59,487 bases of DNA. Source: Nemertoderma westbladi (taxonomy: Eukaryota; Animalia; Xenacoelomorpha). A program made the position numbers and the translations under genes. The stretch is from NCBI GenBank assembly GCA_032718475.1, contig JAUCBJ010008040.1:1-59487 (forward strand), written 5' to 3'. The first letter of the stretch is position 1. Every line of letters begins with the position of its first letter. The notes under the pieces are model-generated. The model was given only the letters and a program-made list of their open reading frames with translations. It made no database searches and was not told the origin of the DNA. Of this stretch, positions 45,147 to 58,945 are shown piece by piece.

Positions 45147-48102
45147 GGTGTATAATTTGATTAGTATTTACGATTTTCACTTTCAGGCATGTCGACCCTT
45201 AGTGTGACGGGATCCAAGAGGGATCCCGGTTTATCCGTTGTTAGTTTACGCGTCCCCGCCGTGTGTAAAGAGTGAATGAGTTTGTGCTGTTCGTCGTATA
45301 TAATGTTTGGGTATAGAGATATAGATACAGATATAGATATGAGATAATATTGTTGTTGTACACGGAAGGCGGGATATGGTAACTAAAGTCCCGGTCCTTC
45401 CCTAGCTAAACTATGTAACCTAAACTAGCACCAGTATTGCACTGAGATAACTGAATTGATATGATTACTGCCAAGTGGCTATATTGCACGGTTGGCCTTG
45501 TTACTCTACCTAATCGATGCCTTTCCCCCCTCTGATTGGTTGATACCCTTGTTGGCGCCCTTTGGAGTGTTCCCGTTCACTCCCCCTGTTCTCTCTGGGT
45601 TAGGGGTTAGGCCCCTGACCCTCATTGTGTGTTTCCTTCCCATTCTTATTGGGATGGCACGAGTTGGTTAATTACCCAATCTCGTGGCTCCCAATATTGC
45701 TTATTGGCTAAACTTTATGGGGTGTTAGCGGGATTGAATAAGCTAACACTCCCCCCCCATGCTATCTTCCCGGTAAGAAGATAGCATCAACCAAAAAAGT
45801 GCGCTACAATCCTGCTGGATCCCGATCTAGTATCGGGTGTGGGGTGGAATTATCTTCTCTCGGAGCCGGCTTTCCAGGCCGCTCCCTATGGGTATGATAA
45901 TGCTACCCTGTGTGCCTGGCGTCTCATGTCGGGCCGATCGCGCTCACCTCTCACGCAACTTTTGTTTCCCCAACACTTCCGCCCTATCTCTTCTTCACTC
46001 TCATCCTAACTCTCTCATACACTCGGACCTCCTCGTCCCTCACTCAGCCTCTTATTCTCCCCCCCCCCCCCCACACTAGAATTGCGTCCGCACTCTCTCT
46101 GTACTTCGCACTATTACTGCGTCCCTCAACCCCATCTCGATTACCTCATTCCTTCTGACGAATCTCCCCCCCCCCCCTCTTGTGCCGTCGCACTCAAGAA
46201 GCGTGAAACCGTCTGGTGTCTCGTCCATAGTGCCATAGTCAGCCATCCCCCAGTCCCAGTAGCTAATTGAGAAAGGTTGTATGACTATATAGTACTTACT
46301 CCGAACGTAATATTTGTAGATTACTAATTACTACGTACGTACATACAAATTGCACTTATATGATTATTTGGATTAATTAAATTTGTACTTAATAGTTCGT
46401 ACGTCTCATGTGGCGCCTTCCAGGCGCACTACATCAATGCCTCAGTCCATCCCTCCTTGGCGTCCGTGGTGTCCCCGAAAGTTGCACTTCGGACATCGGT
46501 TCTGCAACCGTGGACACGCTCCCATCCTGTGGCTCGTCTCGTGGCAGTAGAGACAGCTGGTCCCTTTCTGGAACCGGTACAAGCAGCTCCTTTCCTGGTG
46601 GGTCTGTCTCCCACAGTAGCCGCAACCGGTGTATAATTTGATTAGTATTTACGATTTTCACTTTCAGGCATGTCGACCCTTAGTGTGACGGGATCCAAGA
46701 GGGATCCCGGTTTATCCGTTGTTAGTTTACGCGTCCCCGCCGTGTGTAAAGAGTGAATGAGTTTGTGCTGTTCGTCGTATATAATGTTTGGGTATAGAGA
46801 TATAGATACAGATATAGATATGAGATAATATTGTTGTTGTACACGGAAGGCGGGATATGGTAACTAAAGTCCCGGTCCTTCCCTAGCTAAACTATGTAAC
46901 CTAAACTAGCACCAGTATTGCACTGAGATAACTGAATTGATATGATTACTGCCAAGTGGCTATATTGCACGGTTGGCCTTGTTACTCTACCTAATCGATG
47001 CCTTTCCCCCCTCTGATTGGTTGATACCCTTGTTGGCGCCCTTTGGAGTGTTCCCGTTCACTCCCCCTGTTCTCTCTGGGTTAGGGGTTTGGCCCCTGAC
47101 CCTCATTGTGTGTTTCCTTCCAATTCTTATTGGGATGGCACGAGTTGGTTAATTACCCAATCTCGTGGCTCCCAATATTGCTTATTGGCTAAACTTTATG
47201 GGGTGTTAGCGGGATTGAATAAGCTAACACTCCCCCCCATGCTATCTTCCCGGTAAGAAGATAGCATCAACCAAAAAAGTGCGCTACAATCCCGCTGGAT
47301 CCCGATCTAGTATCGGGTGTGGGGTGGAATTATCTTCTCTCGGAGCCGGCTTTCCAGGCCGCTCCCTATGGGTATGATAATGCTACCCTGTGTGCCTGGC
47401 GTCTCATGTCGGGCCGATCGCGCTCACCTCTCACGCAACTTTTGTTTCCCCAACACTTCCGCCCTATCTCTTCTTCACTCTCATCCTAACTCTCTCATAC
47501 ACTCGGACCTCCTCGTCCCTCACTCAGCCTCTTATTCTCCCCCCCCCCCCCACACTAGAATTGCGTCCGCACTCTCTCTGTACTTCGCACTATTACTGCG
47601 TCCCTCAACCCCATCTCGATTACCTCATTCCTTCTGACGAATCTCCCCCCCCCTCTTGTGCCGTCGCACTCAAGAAGCGTGAAACCGTCTGGTGTCTCGT
47701 CCACAGTGCCATAGTCAGCCATCCCCCAGTCCCAGTAGCTAATTGAGAAAGGTTGTATGACTATAGTACTTACTCCGAACGTAATATTTGTAGATTACTA
47801 ATTACTACGTACGTACATACAAATTGCACTTATATGATTATTTGGATTAATTAAATTTGTACTTAATAGTTCGTACGTCTCATGTGGCGCCTTCCAGGCG
47901 CACTACATCAATACCTCAGTCCATCCCTCCTTGGCGTCCGTGGTGTCCCCGAAAGTTGCACTTCGGACATCGGTTCTGCAACCGTGGACACGCTCCCATC
48001 CTGTGGCTCGTCTCGTGGCAGTAGAGACAGCTGGTCCCTTTCTGGAACCGGTACAAGCAGCTCCTTTCCTGGTGGGTCTGTCTCCCACAGTAGCCGCAAC
48101 CG
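45147..48102. repeat. Near-identical head-to-tail duplication of a 1.48-kb unit (45147-46627, 46628-48102)
   Basis: Offset 1481 at the start, 1474 at the end; differences mostly in poly-C lengths. Confidence 0.95.
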
Positions 48103-48137
48103 AGTACCAATGTCTCCCGCCCCACGTCGTCTTTCAT
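47916..48137 (-). pseudogene. Triple CCHC zinc-knuckle fragment (gag-like)
   Basis: CGYCGRQTHQERSC, CLYCHETSHRMGAC, CPKCNFRGH; repeated in the first copy at about 46440-46627. Confidence 0.6.
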
Positions 48138-49766
48138 CCAAAGCGATCTCCGCGGTCTGTGGAGTCGCTGATAGGCGAACTTCTAGACGTTAGCGTCCCT
48201 GTCTACGTCGATCTCCTCGCCCCTCCCGATAAATCAGGTGGGACAACCAATCAAAATTTTATTTATATTTTATCGGATAGGCTATTTCTATAAATGCCAC
48301 TATTACTGTATTACCGGCCGACCGGTACTGTTGAGGTTGACTGTATTACAGTATTACCGGCAGACCGGCAGACCGGTACCGGTACTGTTAATTAAATCTG
48401 CTAGTGTATATATGTGTTTATGTTTTGGTTGATTGTGTGAATTATCGTATTCGTGGTCAGGTGTGGTGTGTACCGGCAACTGTTACTGTACCTTACTGCC
48501 TTAGTTATGCTGTTATGTGTATATATCATATCAGTATACAGGTATATGTCTGTATGTATGGAGCGTTTTGTTTGTGTGTATGGTCATTGCTGCATAGTAA
48601 AATAGACAATTTTTTTGGATTTATTGTCGTTAAGGGTAACAGGTAAGGCCCAGTAGCGGAAGTTTTCGAATAAACATCCAAGAGCTGTCAACTGGCGATC
48701 TATTCTGTTCTGGTTGATATTAAAGGCTGCTTGGTGTGAGACTTTTGTACTGTCGGCGTCTTTTTTGTGGACTTGAAAGAAAAAGTCATGGAAAAGGTAA
48801 GTTTCATTATATTTTGTCTATAGTCCGTTAGTAGATTTATAATACCGGTACATTATATTTCAAGTTAATTGTGGTATTATAACGCCCTGGATCAGGTGAA
48901 AAGGGTAGGTAAACAAGTATTTTAATACGGTCCCGTCATTAACTAGGCAGCTAGACCAATCTCTATAGCGGAATAGTGTCTATATTACAGTATATATACT
49001 GATATACCGGTACTTTTGCTCTTTTGTATAATATATGTTTAGAACCCTGATAAATAGGCCTATATTTATATATTTACCGGTTCTATGAAGGTATATTACA
49101 GTATTATATGGATGGCTAGACGTTGTAGTTGTTGAGTCTTTAAGCACAACCTGCACTGCAACATAGTTGTAGGGTATAGGCCTACTAATAATTTACTGTA
49201 ATTAAAAGTAGGTCATTTAAATATGCCTTATGTTATATAATACTATGCCCATTTGTTCAGTTTCTCTATACTTTATAATTTGAGTAGCCCATGGCGCAAT
49301 TACATATAATTATTGATAGTCTATTCAATTGATCTTTTTTACTTACTTCTGTACTTATGTTATGTATTGCAGTAGGCAGGTAAGCTAGGCTACCGGTACT
49401 GTGCGACTTGCAATTGCAGAATTGTATAACCTTTGTTTGGGTTTTATTACCGTATTATATTGGATATTTGGTCATAGGCCTATCCAAAATCCCAAGATAT
49501 AGTTACATTCGTTCTAGATCATTAGAGTAAACGTGCAGACGTGTATCGTGTTGGTAGGCCTGGTCTACTACACTTGTATAGATATATACTGTAGATAGGT
49601 TACAATAGCCTACTATCAAACTATATACATTCTCATCTAGCTTACAGCAACCAATATTGAATTATTTAAGAACAGTAGTCATACACAAAACATACCGGTA
49701 CCAGTTAAATTTTCTGCCAGTATAAAGTACATATTTTTATTTACCTATTTCTATTTACATACCTTT

Positions 49767-52700
49767 ATGTCTCAAATTGAGAACCTTAGTGAGATCGGTA
49801 GTGAGACTGACCTTTCCATAGCATCAGAAAATATGTCTATTGTTAGTCAAAGTGTTAGTGAAGAAAACACAGAGTCTAGTGATGCAAATAGGAATAACCT
49901 TGATGTGCATTTGGGATGTTCAAACAAGCATTTACCATCTAAGAGAGCACAAGGATTTAGATTAGCATTTTCTGAGAAGGTTAAGAAGGTACTAAGGGTA
50001 GCTTATCAACAGGAGCGAGATACTACTATTTCATATGTTGCACTAAATGACTTTGTCAAACAGATAACCGTGGCATATTATAGTACAAGTAATTCCTATA
50101 AAGAACTAGAGTTAGAACTTACAAACTTTGACAGTAAAAATTATAAGTCTCAATATACCAGCATCACTACAGCTAGAGACAAAACATTAGAATGTAGTAT
50201 AGATGCTATTAAGAGATTGCAGATCATAGCTCACCAGTGTCAATTTGCAACTTTAAATGTTGACTTAATATTTGGGCCCTTAGCTCAGTCGGCTTTCCAA
50301 GAGGATCCTTCTAGGTCAGATGATACAATGATGAAACAGCCATCAGCTGCACAGTTCATTGATGAAGTAGAAAGGTTGGAATCACAAGTTGAACCACAAG
50401 ATTCAGTGTCAAATGTTACTAAGGGTACAATTGATGAAATAATAAGAACAGAGCAGGAGAATCAGGAGTTACAAATAGGTTTGGCTCATAAACGCCTAGT
50501 ATTACAAGCAGAACATAGACAACGACAATTAGAAATAGAAAAAGAACGGCTTATTTTGCAAGAAAAGGCATTGAAGGATGAGCTAGATATCAAACGTCAA
50601 GAAGAGGAACTGAAAATTAAGTTAAATTCTTCTACTAGAGTAGCAAAAATAATTAATTGCATGAGGACTAGTTCAATGAAATCTGGATCTGCAGTATCTT
50701 CTACTGCTGCAAGTAAAAGTTCTAAAAGGTCAAGTCTATTAACATTTCTTCATGCTGAACCTAGTGCTAGTATAAAACAGACCCATATAAATTCTACAGT
50801 GAATGTTACTTCATCACTATTGAAGCCAACCATAAGATGTCAAGGTACCAGTTATTCCACAGCAGTGGAAAGTAGTTTGAGTGTGTCATCCAATGTTGCA
50901 CCATTATCAGTTACATCACCACATGTCCAAACAATAACAACCTCATCAAGTGGTTATGTTGTTGGTCAAAATACAGTACCCCAAGACCAACCACTATTTT
51001 TCATTGAACCTTTGCAACAGGATGTAAGATCTAAGCAAATGTCAACTCAGATATCTCAGGTGGAATCAAATAGAGGGAAAGTACACACCTCGACACCTTG
51101 TAACATAAATCAACAATCTAAGGAAGATATTAGTAAGAAATCCACTGATATTCTTAAAACAGTTCCAACAAGTTGTCATTCAGATCATTTTTCTTCTAGG
51201 ATATTCATAAACAAGAATAGGTATAGTAAAGCCCCTGATCATGTTTCTGATTCTAAGAATATTTCAGAGGATAGGTTTGTTCATATCAATAATATTCACA
51301 AGCAGTTAGATGATGTGGATAAAAGATTGATTTCAATGGAAAAGAGTATAAGAACATCAAAATCAGAAAATAATGAAGTGCTGGGGAGTATTTCTGAATC
51401 ACTATTCAATGAAATGGGTACTATGCGAAATAAAATGGATGAAATATCCTCAAATACATTATATATTAATGAGTTTCATGAATTACAGCAAAGTCATGCA
51501 ATATTGTCAGACATAGTCTTTGCAAAGCAACACAAGTATGATACAGAGGAAGAAGGTTTAGTTTGGGAAGGTTATCAGGAGAGAGGTCCTCCTAATCAGG
51601 CATATTCTGCACAAGCTCCAGGACTAGCGACAGCTGCGGTACAGTCTTCCAATAATGTCCATTATAATTCAGTATCCAAGCATCCAAATTCACATGCTAC
51701 CGAATTGGCCATGGGAGCGGCACAGTATAGGAATAATCAGAATTCCAGTTATACTAACCCTTCGTTTCTACAAGCTACAACTTCAAGAGTGTCCACGGGA
51801 GCGGCACAAGGTCATAATGATAATACAAATGTAATATCGCAGGCAACTAATGAGCCAAACTCAGTTCTATTTCCAAATGCATCAATTAATGCAGATTTAT
51901 CTCAGCGGCAATTACTTGTAAATACACCAGTTTCCAATACACCAACAGCACCTCCAAATTTAGATTACGCCACACAGCCAACAGCACATCATTATAGGAA
52001 TCCTCCAGGAATTATTGATTTATCTGGGGCAAGAATTGTTGAAGAAATGAGCAAATTAGCAGCTAAACAGTCATTGCCTCATCTATCCTTTCAGAAGTTC
52101 AGTGGTGATCCTCAAAAATGGTTAGGCTTTGTTTTAAATTTCCGTAGCTTTGTTTTAGACAAACCTTTTTCGGATACTGAGAAATATACGTACCTACTCA
52201 ATCTGCTTGACAAAGAACCCAAGAGATTTGTTGAGATTTATGATGGTACAAGAAATGCTTTTCAGAAGGCATGGGAATCTTTACAAGAACAATATGGAGA
52301 TGAAAGAAGCTTAGCATTGCAGCTTATGGATAGTATTTTCAGTGGTGACAGTATTAAGCATCCAAAAGATTTATTGTACTTTCAGAAGCAGTTACAATCA
52401 ACTCGAGATAAACTTTCAACCTTGAAATTTGACTATTTATTAGATGATTTCAGTAGGTTACCCAAAATTATAGCTAGACTTCCAGATTATGTAAGAAAGA
52501 AATGGAGAAGGAAGGCTCAAGATTTGAGGGATACCAATCGCCAAGAAACTCTAGATGATCTAATTTCTTTATTAAAGAAAGAAACAAAAGCTGAGAATGA
52601 CCCTATTTACTCAGACAGGGCATTAGGTTGTACTGAAAGACGACATCATGGTTTGTCATTTAAGATGTCAGAGACTATCACAGATTCAGCAGATAAAGTC

Positions 52701-55700
52701 ATGAATTCAGTTAGATTAGCTATAGATCATTTCTGTGTTCTTTGTCAAATTAAAGGGCACTCTTTGACTAAGTGTCAAAAATTTAGAGATACAAAATTAT
52801 CTGGACGACGGGAATTAGTTAGAAAGCTTGAACTTTGTAAGAACTGTTTTTCTCAAAAACATTTTCGAAAAAACTGTCCATCGAGGATTAAATGTCAACA
52901 CTGCCAAGGAAATCACCATACCTTGTTACATAGTGATGCTATGGTGGGAAAGGGAGTCTCCTGGAAAATGACTAAGGCAAAGACACAACTCCAAACAAAG
53001 CTAGCGAATCCAATTGTCAATACATCAACAAATGTGGTTCCTCAAACTGGTAGAGTTAATGCTACAGTGCCAGTTTCTAACATCGATTATGAATCTGAAG
53101 ATGAATACGAATTTGATTCCATAGATGGAGAATCAGATCTTGACAGTGTAACAATGGAAGGAGATGATCATACAGATCAGTGTTATATGATAAAGAATAA
53201 TTCAGACTATATGAAGTCATTTAATGTTATATCTTTAAATATTATTGGTTCAAAAGGATCTCTGAAAGTGAATGCATTATTAGATGATGCTAGTTCTGTA
53301 TCATTTATAGACAAAGATCTTGCTGAAAAAATTGGAACATTGTATAGTGAGAAGTCATTGCCTATTAAAACAATAGAAAAGGTAGTGCCGCTTAATGTAA
53401 GTTACTTAACTTGTGAACTTGATTCCATTGACAATAGTATACGACCTAAATATTTGCCATTGCGTAATATTAAGCTTGCAGCTTTGAAAGATTTTACAAA
53501 AGGGTTTGACAATGAGTATCAATGGACATCTTCAGAAAACAGTTATTTCAATAGTTTAGGTGTTCCAGAAATTGTTGTTGATGTTCCCAATATATCACTT
53601 CTTCTGGGCAATGATGTTTTCGAAGCTCATATGGTCTATGAATATAAACCCAGAACTCCACGTCCACTTGATATTTATGCTGCTAGAACACTATTTGGTT
53701 GGTATCGACGTGGCCCTATGAAAGCCACTCTAGTTAACAGGAAACTCTCAAATGAAATGACGTTTTTGTGTAGTAGTGATGTTTCTAAAAATAGTATGGA
53801 TAAGGTAGCAACTTCACCCATTAAATTACATGAAGATGACTCAGACATTGAGGAGAACATAGCTTATCCTGTAAACTTGACAGTGTCGAGGAATGATATT
53901 GATGAATTAATTACTGATAAAACAAGTCATATTAACATTGAACAATTGTTAGAAAGCGGTTTTGATAACCTGGATGTTGCAGCTGTTTATGAGAAAATAT
54001 ATAAGGAAGCATATTTAGATGAAGCTGTAAAAGCCTTTTTTGAGAAGGATACTCCTGATCGTGGATCTCATAGATTAGTAACAGAAGTAGAACACCTCAG
54101 ATCAAAGAAAATCTTACAGACAACTACCAAGTTATTACCCAATGGGCACTATTCTGTTGGACTGCTTTGGAAAAATGATAACCCAAAGTTAATAAATAAT
54201 AGACCATTAGCTATAAAAAGGGCTATGATGCTAAGACGACGTTTATTGAGTGATGCAGATGCTTATCGCATGTATCGTGCACAATGTGATGGCTATATTG
54301 AGAAAGGTTATATTATTCCAGTAGAACATCCAGAGATTACATCAGAGAGAACATATTATCTTCCACATCATTTTGTAACTGATCAAGACAAACCTGGAAA
54401 GGTTAGAGTTGTAAATGATGCTAAGGCCAAGTACAAAGGGATGTCATTGAACAGTCACCTTATGGAGGGTCCTAATTTGACAAATTATATGTTAGGAATT
54501 TTGCTGCGAGTAAGAGAAAGGAAAATAGCCTTCTCATGTGATATTGAAAGTATGTTCCACCAGGTTTACTGCTACGTTGAAGATCAAGACAGTTTACGTT
54601 TTTTATGGTGGCCAAATGAAGACCTTGAGGGAGAGCCTAAGGAGTAAGTTTCAAGTTCACCCTTTTGGTGTAATTTGTTCTCCTGTCAATACTGGAAATG
54701 CATTAAAACAAACATCAACAGATAATAAAGATAAGTTTCTTCCAGAAGTTCATGAAATGATTGCAAAGGATTTCTATGTTGATGATGGTTTTCATTCAGA
54801 AGATGATGTACAGAAAGCAATAACTATTGCTCTTCAAGTTAAGGAATGTTTGAAATTGGGTGGTTTTAATGTTACTAAATTTGTTAGTAACTCCAAAGAG
54901 TTTCTATATGGCATACCTCAAGAAAGTCGTGTCACTAGTAATCAAGATCTAGAGACAATGCCACTACCTGTTTCGAAGATGTTAGGGATTGGCTGGGATC
55001 TCAACTCTGATAGATTATTTATTAGATGGAAGACATGGAAGAGCCCTAAGCAGTGGACCAAAAGGCTTTGTGTAAGTCTGTTTAGCGCATTTTTTGACCT
55101 TATTAATATGATTAGTCCAGTTATACTGACAGCTCGACTTATTATACAGAAGTTGTGGCAACTTGATTTAGGTTGGGATACCGTTATTCCAGAAGAAAAT
55201 GCGATGGAATGGAAAAGGTGGGCAAGTAGTATTCAAGGAATACAAAACTTTTCAATCCCAAGAGAGTATTTTCCTGGCTCACCAATAGTGGGAATATTTG
55301 ATTATGAATTGCACTCATTCTGTGATGCTTCTGAAAAGGCTGTTGGTGTTGTGATTTATCTAAGACGAATTTCAACAGATGGGAGTATATATGTTGCATT
55401 CGTAACATCAAAATCCAAAACTATTAACTCAAAGACATTTTTGTCGCTACCTCGGAAAGAACTTCTTGCTGCATCAGTGGCAGCAGAGTTAACAGATATG
55501 GTTAACACCAACTTATCTTTTCCACTAACATTATCATTATGGACAGATTCTATGCTTGTACTAGCATACCTGGTCACCCAGTTCCCTTTGAAAACCTATG
55601 AGGCAAATAAAAGATCTAAAATTTTAGATCTCACTATAATTGATCAATGGAAATGGTGCCCTGGGGACATTAATATAGCTGATATAGCCTCCAGAGGAAC

Positions 55701-57573
55701 AACAATCGAAAAACTATTGGAGAATACCCAATGGACTAATGGCCCTGATTTTTTGTGGCAGGATAGAAACCAATGGCCAGTTACTGGTACTATCCATCCT
55801 TCTATAAATGCTAAATTAGAAACAAAGAAGTCAAATAGTTCTAAGAAAACAAAACCTACTACAATCTCAGTTAAAGATGATACCAAAATATATAATATGG
55901 ATCATGGCAGAGACCTTAAAGATCAAAATGATGATATTGTTTATGAAGGCGAGGATTGTATTTTAGAAGAGTATGTACATTCTACGATTGTAAATTCTGA
56001 GTTTCCTGATGTTAAAAAGGTGGATAAATTCTCTCAGAAACTATGTGATACTCTTAGTTCATGGAATAAACTCTGTATACGTACTGCATGGCTTATACGT
56101 TTTATTAATTGGCTGAAATCAAAGAAAACGTCGATGTATCCTAAACATATAACAATTGCAGAAATTAATTGTGCTGAGAAGAAACTAATAATTCTAGCTC
56201 AGAAACGTTCATATCCGCAAGAATACTTGATCCTTATGGATGGAAAGAAAGTATCTGATACATCGCCATTATATAGGTACACACCTTTCCTTAGAGATGG
56301 TGTAATACATGCAACTACCCGTCTGCCAATAGAAGATTATAATAAAGACTATTGTAACCCAATTATTATACCACCAAACAATTATATACAACATCAGCTC
56401 ATATGGGATGTGCATCTACAAACTCTGCATTCTGGGAGATCCATAATTATGTCAGAGTTACGTCATAAATATTATTTAGTAACTCAGCGAGCAGCATTGG
56501 ATAAAGTTCTTAGAAATTGTATACAATGTAAACAATTTAACAGCAGACCCATGAAGCAACAAATGTCGGAAATACCAAAGGAGCGGATAACAGCATTTAA
56601 ACCTCCCTTTTCAACAACAATGGTCGACCTTTGGGGTCCTGTTTCTTGCAAGAGAGCAAGGACAATGGTTAAACGGTGGTGTGTTATGTATACATGTTAT
56701 GCAAGCCGGGCAGTGCACATTGATAGGGTTACTGACCTTAGCACCAATGCGTTTATATTGTCACTAAGAAGATTTATAGGTCGGAGAGGGACAGTTCAAA
56801 AAATTAGTTCAGATAATGGAACCAATTTTAAAGGAGCAGACAATGAGTTATCAAAGGCTGTGAAAGAATGGAATAAAAAACAAATTACATTAGAACTCCG
56901 TGACAAGGGAATAAATTGGGAATTTCATACAGCTAAAGCTCCATGGCGTTCAGGAATGGTTGAGAGACTTAATCGATCAGTGAAACAAGCATTCTTCAAA
57001 GCTATTCCCCCAAATATGACATTAACAGATGATCAGTTTGTAACTGTGCTTGTCGAAATAGAAGTAATAATAAATTCACGTCCTTTAGTAGGTCAAACCA
57101 CTGATATTAATGACCCTCAGGTCATCACACCAGGACATTTACTTATGACCAATCCTTCTGCCATCATACCTCGTTGTGAACCTGAAGAATGTCACCAATA
57201 TGCACGAAAGGCGTGGAAGGTAACGCAATATGTTGCTCAGCGTTTCTGGGACCATTGGTTAAAATACTATATACCATCATTGAGTATCCGTTCCCAGTGG
57301 TATTACACCAATAGAAACCTATCAGTAGGTGACCTAGTTCTAATAACGGATGAAAATATACCCAGACGTGAGTGGTTAACTGCTAGAATATTGGAAGTGA
57401 AGCCTGACTCAGCTGGTCTTGTAAGATCTGTAGAGCTTCTAACCATCCATGGTTCCAAACTAAAACGCCCAGTACAACGACTGTGTTTATTGGAAGAAGC
57501 TCAGAAAGATATAGGTGACTACACCAAGAAATTGTCTCGTACAGACGCATTGAAGACTTCTGTTTTGCATTGA
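49767..57573 (+). CDS. BEL/Pao LTR retrotransposon gag-pol polyprotein, one frameshift near 54645
   Basis: Gag FSGDPQKW..F, three Cys/His knuckles ending HHTLLH, protease ALLDDAS, RT YLPHH / DIESMFHQV / YVDD, RNase H FCDAS / WTDS / NIADIASRG, integrase HSG..C..C / DLWGP / SDNGTNF / ERL; order PR-RT-RH-IN. Confidence 0.97.
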
Positions 57574-58226
57574 CTGTTATTGTGTATGTACTATGCTAGG
57601 TCAAGTAAGTATATGGTCTCTAGCATCATTTATGTTCAAGTTTTAGTTCATTACATAATTTGGAAAAAGGTTAGTTATTTTTGTTGTTGGAATATATTTT
57701 AGTGTGATTATAATGAAATTGATTTATGACTATGTGAGTTGACTATTAATTTAAATTTGGAAAATAAGTATGTGTGTATGATATACTGTATATTTTTTTT
57801 ATTCCTTAAAGTAAAGATCAAATATATCGTTATATACATTTATTTGATCTTGTGGCAAAAAATTGAAGTTACACATAACTAAGATTATGTGTATTGATTA
57901 AGTTGGTTGTTTCACAATCAGGATAGTAAAAAATGATTGTGGTTTTCTTGACAAAATGGTATTTAACAGAGTTGAGAAAATATACTGATTGAGTCAGGCA
58001 AACTAACTATAAATTTTATCCAAAGCAGGAAATAATAATTTTAAATATTTTCGGATATTATATCAAAATAATTTCAAATATTTGGAATTCTGTGAGCTGG
58101 ACTATTGGGCTCTCTGTATGTAATGTTCGGTTTAAATTGGTATTTATTCCCGATAGTATTTGCTGCTGCCTATTAAGAAGTCTTAGTAAGTCTAAAACAC
58201 CATACTCAAGTAAAATTGCAGTGAAG

Positions 58227-58512
58227 CACCACAATGCGCTTCTTTGATGATCGCACCCCACTGCGCTTCTTTGATGATCGCACCACACTGCGCTTCTTTG
58301 ATGATCGCACCACAATGCGCTTCTTTGATGATCGCACCACAATGCGCTTCTTTGATGATCGCACCACAATGCGCTTCTTTGATGATCGCACCACAATGCG
58401 CTTCTTTGATGATCGCACCACAATGCGCTTCTTTGATGATCGCACCACAATGCGCTTCTTTGATGATCGCACCACAATGCGCTTCCTTGTCGCTTGCACC
58501 ACAACGCGCTTC
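58227..58512. repeat. 27-bp tandem repeat (GCACCACAATGCGCTTCTTTGATGATC), about 10.5 copies, in the BEL 3' UTR
   Basis: Nearly perfect head-to-tail copies without spacers. Confidence 0.97.
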
Positions 58513-58945
58513 TTATAGCACTACAGGTCTATAGTAAACAGATTACTATTGAGGAATAGAATAGTCAATGGTTGACTCTCTGCCTATTTTGATGTGTCGA
58601 CCTTTTGGATTAAAAGATCAATGCGAATATATATATATATGAACAATAGCCCACATGGATAGATATATTTATTGGATTTGTATAGATTCTTGTGATGTAT
58701 TTCAAATATTGAGTGAAAGTATTTTATCTATACATATATAAAGGCATCAGAGCTGTACTTTATAGTATTATATTAATTGTAAGACAATGATTCTAAGTAC
58801 TTTATTATATTACTTTATTAGACTTGTATAGATTCTTGTCATGTATTTCAAATATTGTGCTATTGTCAGTAATTTGTCAAAAACCTTTGTAAATGTTCAT
58901 TGCGTCCTATTTTTTGTAAATTTATATAAAGGATTATCCAAATTT

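Noticed and set aside
45420-45440. Possible primer-binding site TGGTGCTAG (minus strand), making the 1.48-kb repeats LTRs
   Set aside because: No TG...CA ends at the repeat boundaries, no internal region and no TSD seen.
58227-58512. CRISPR-like array
   Set aside because: Units are contiguous with no unique spacers; eukaryotic context; no cas genes.
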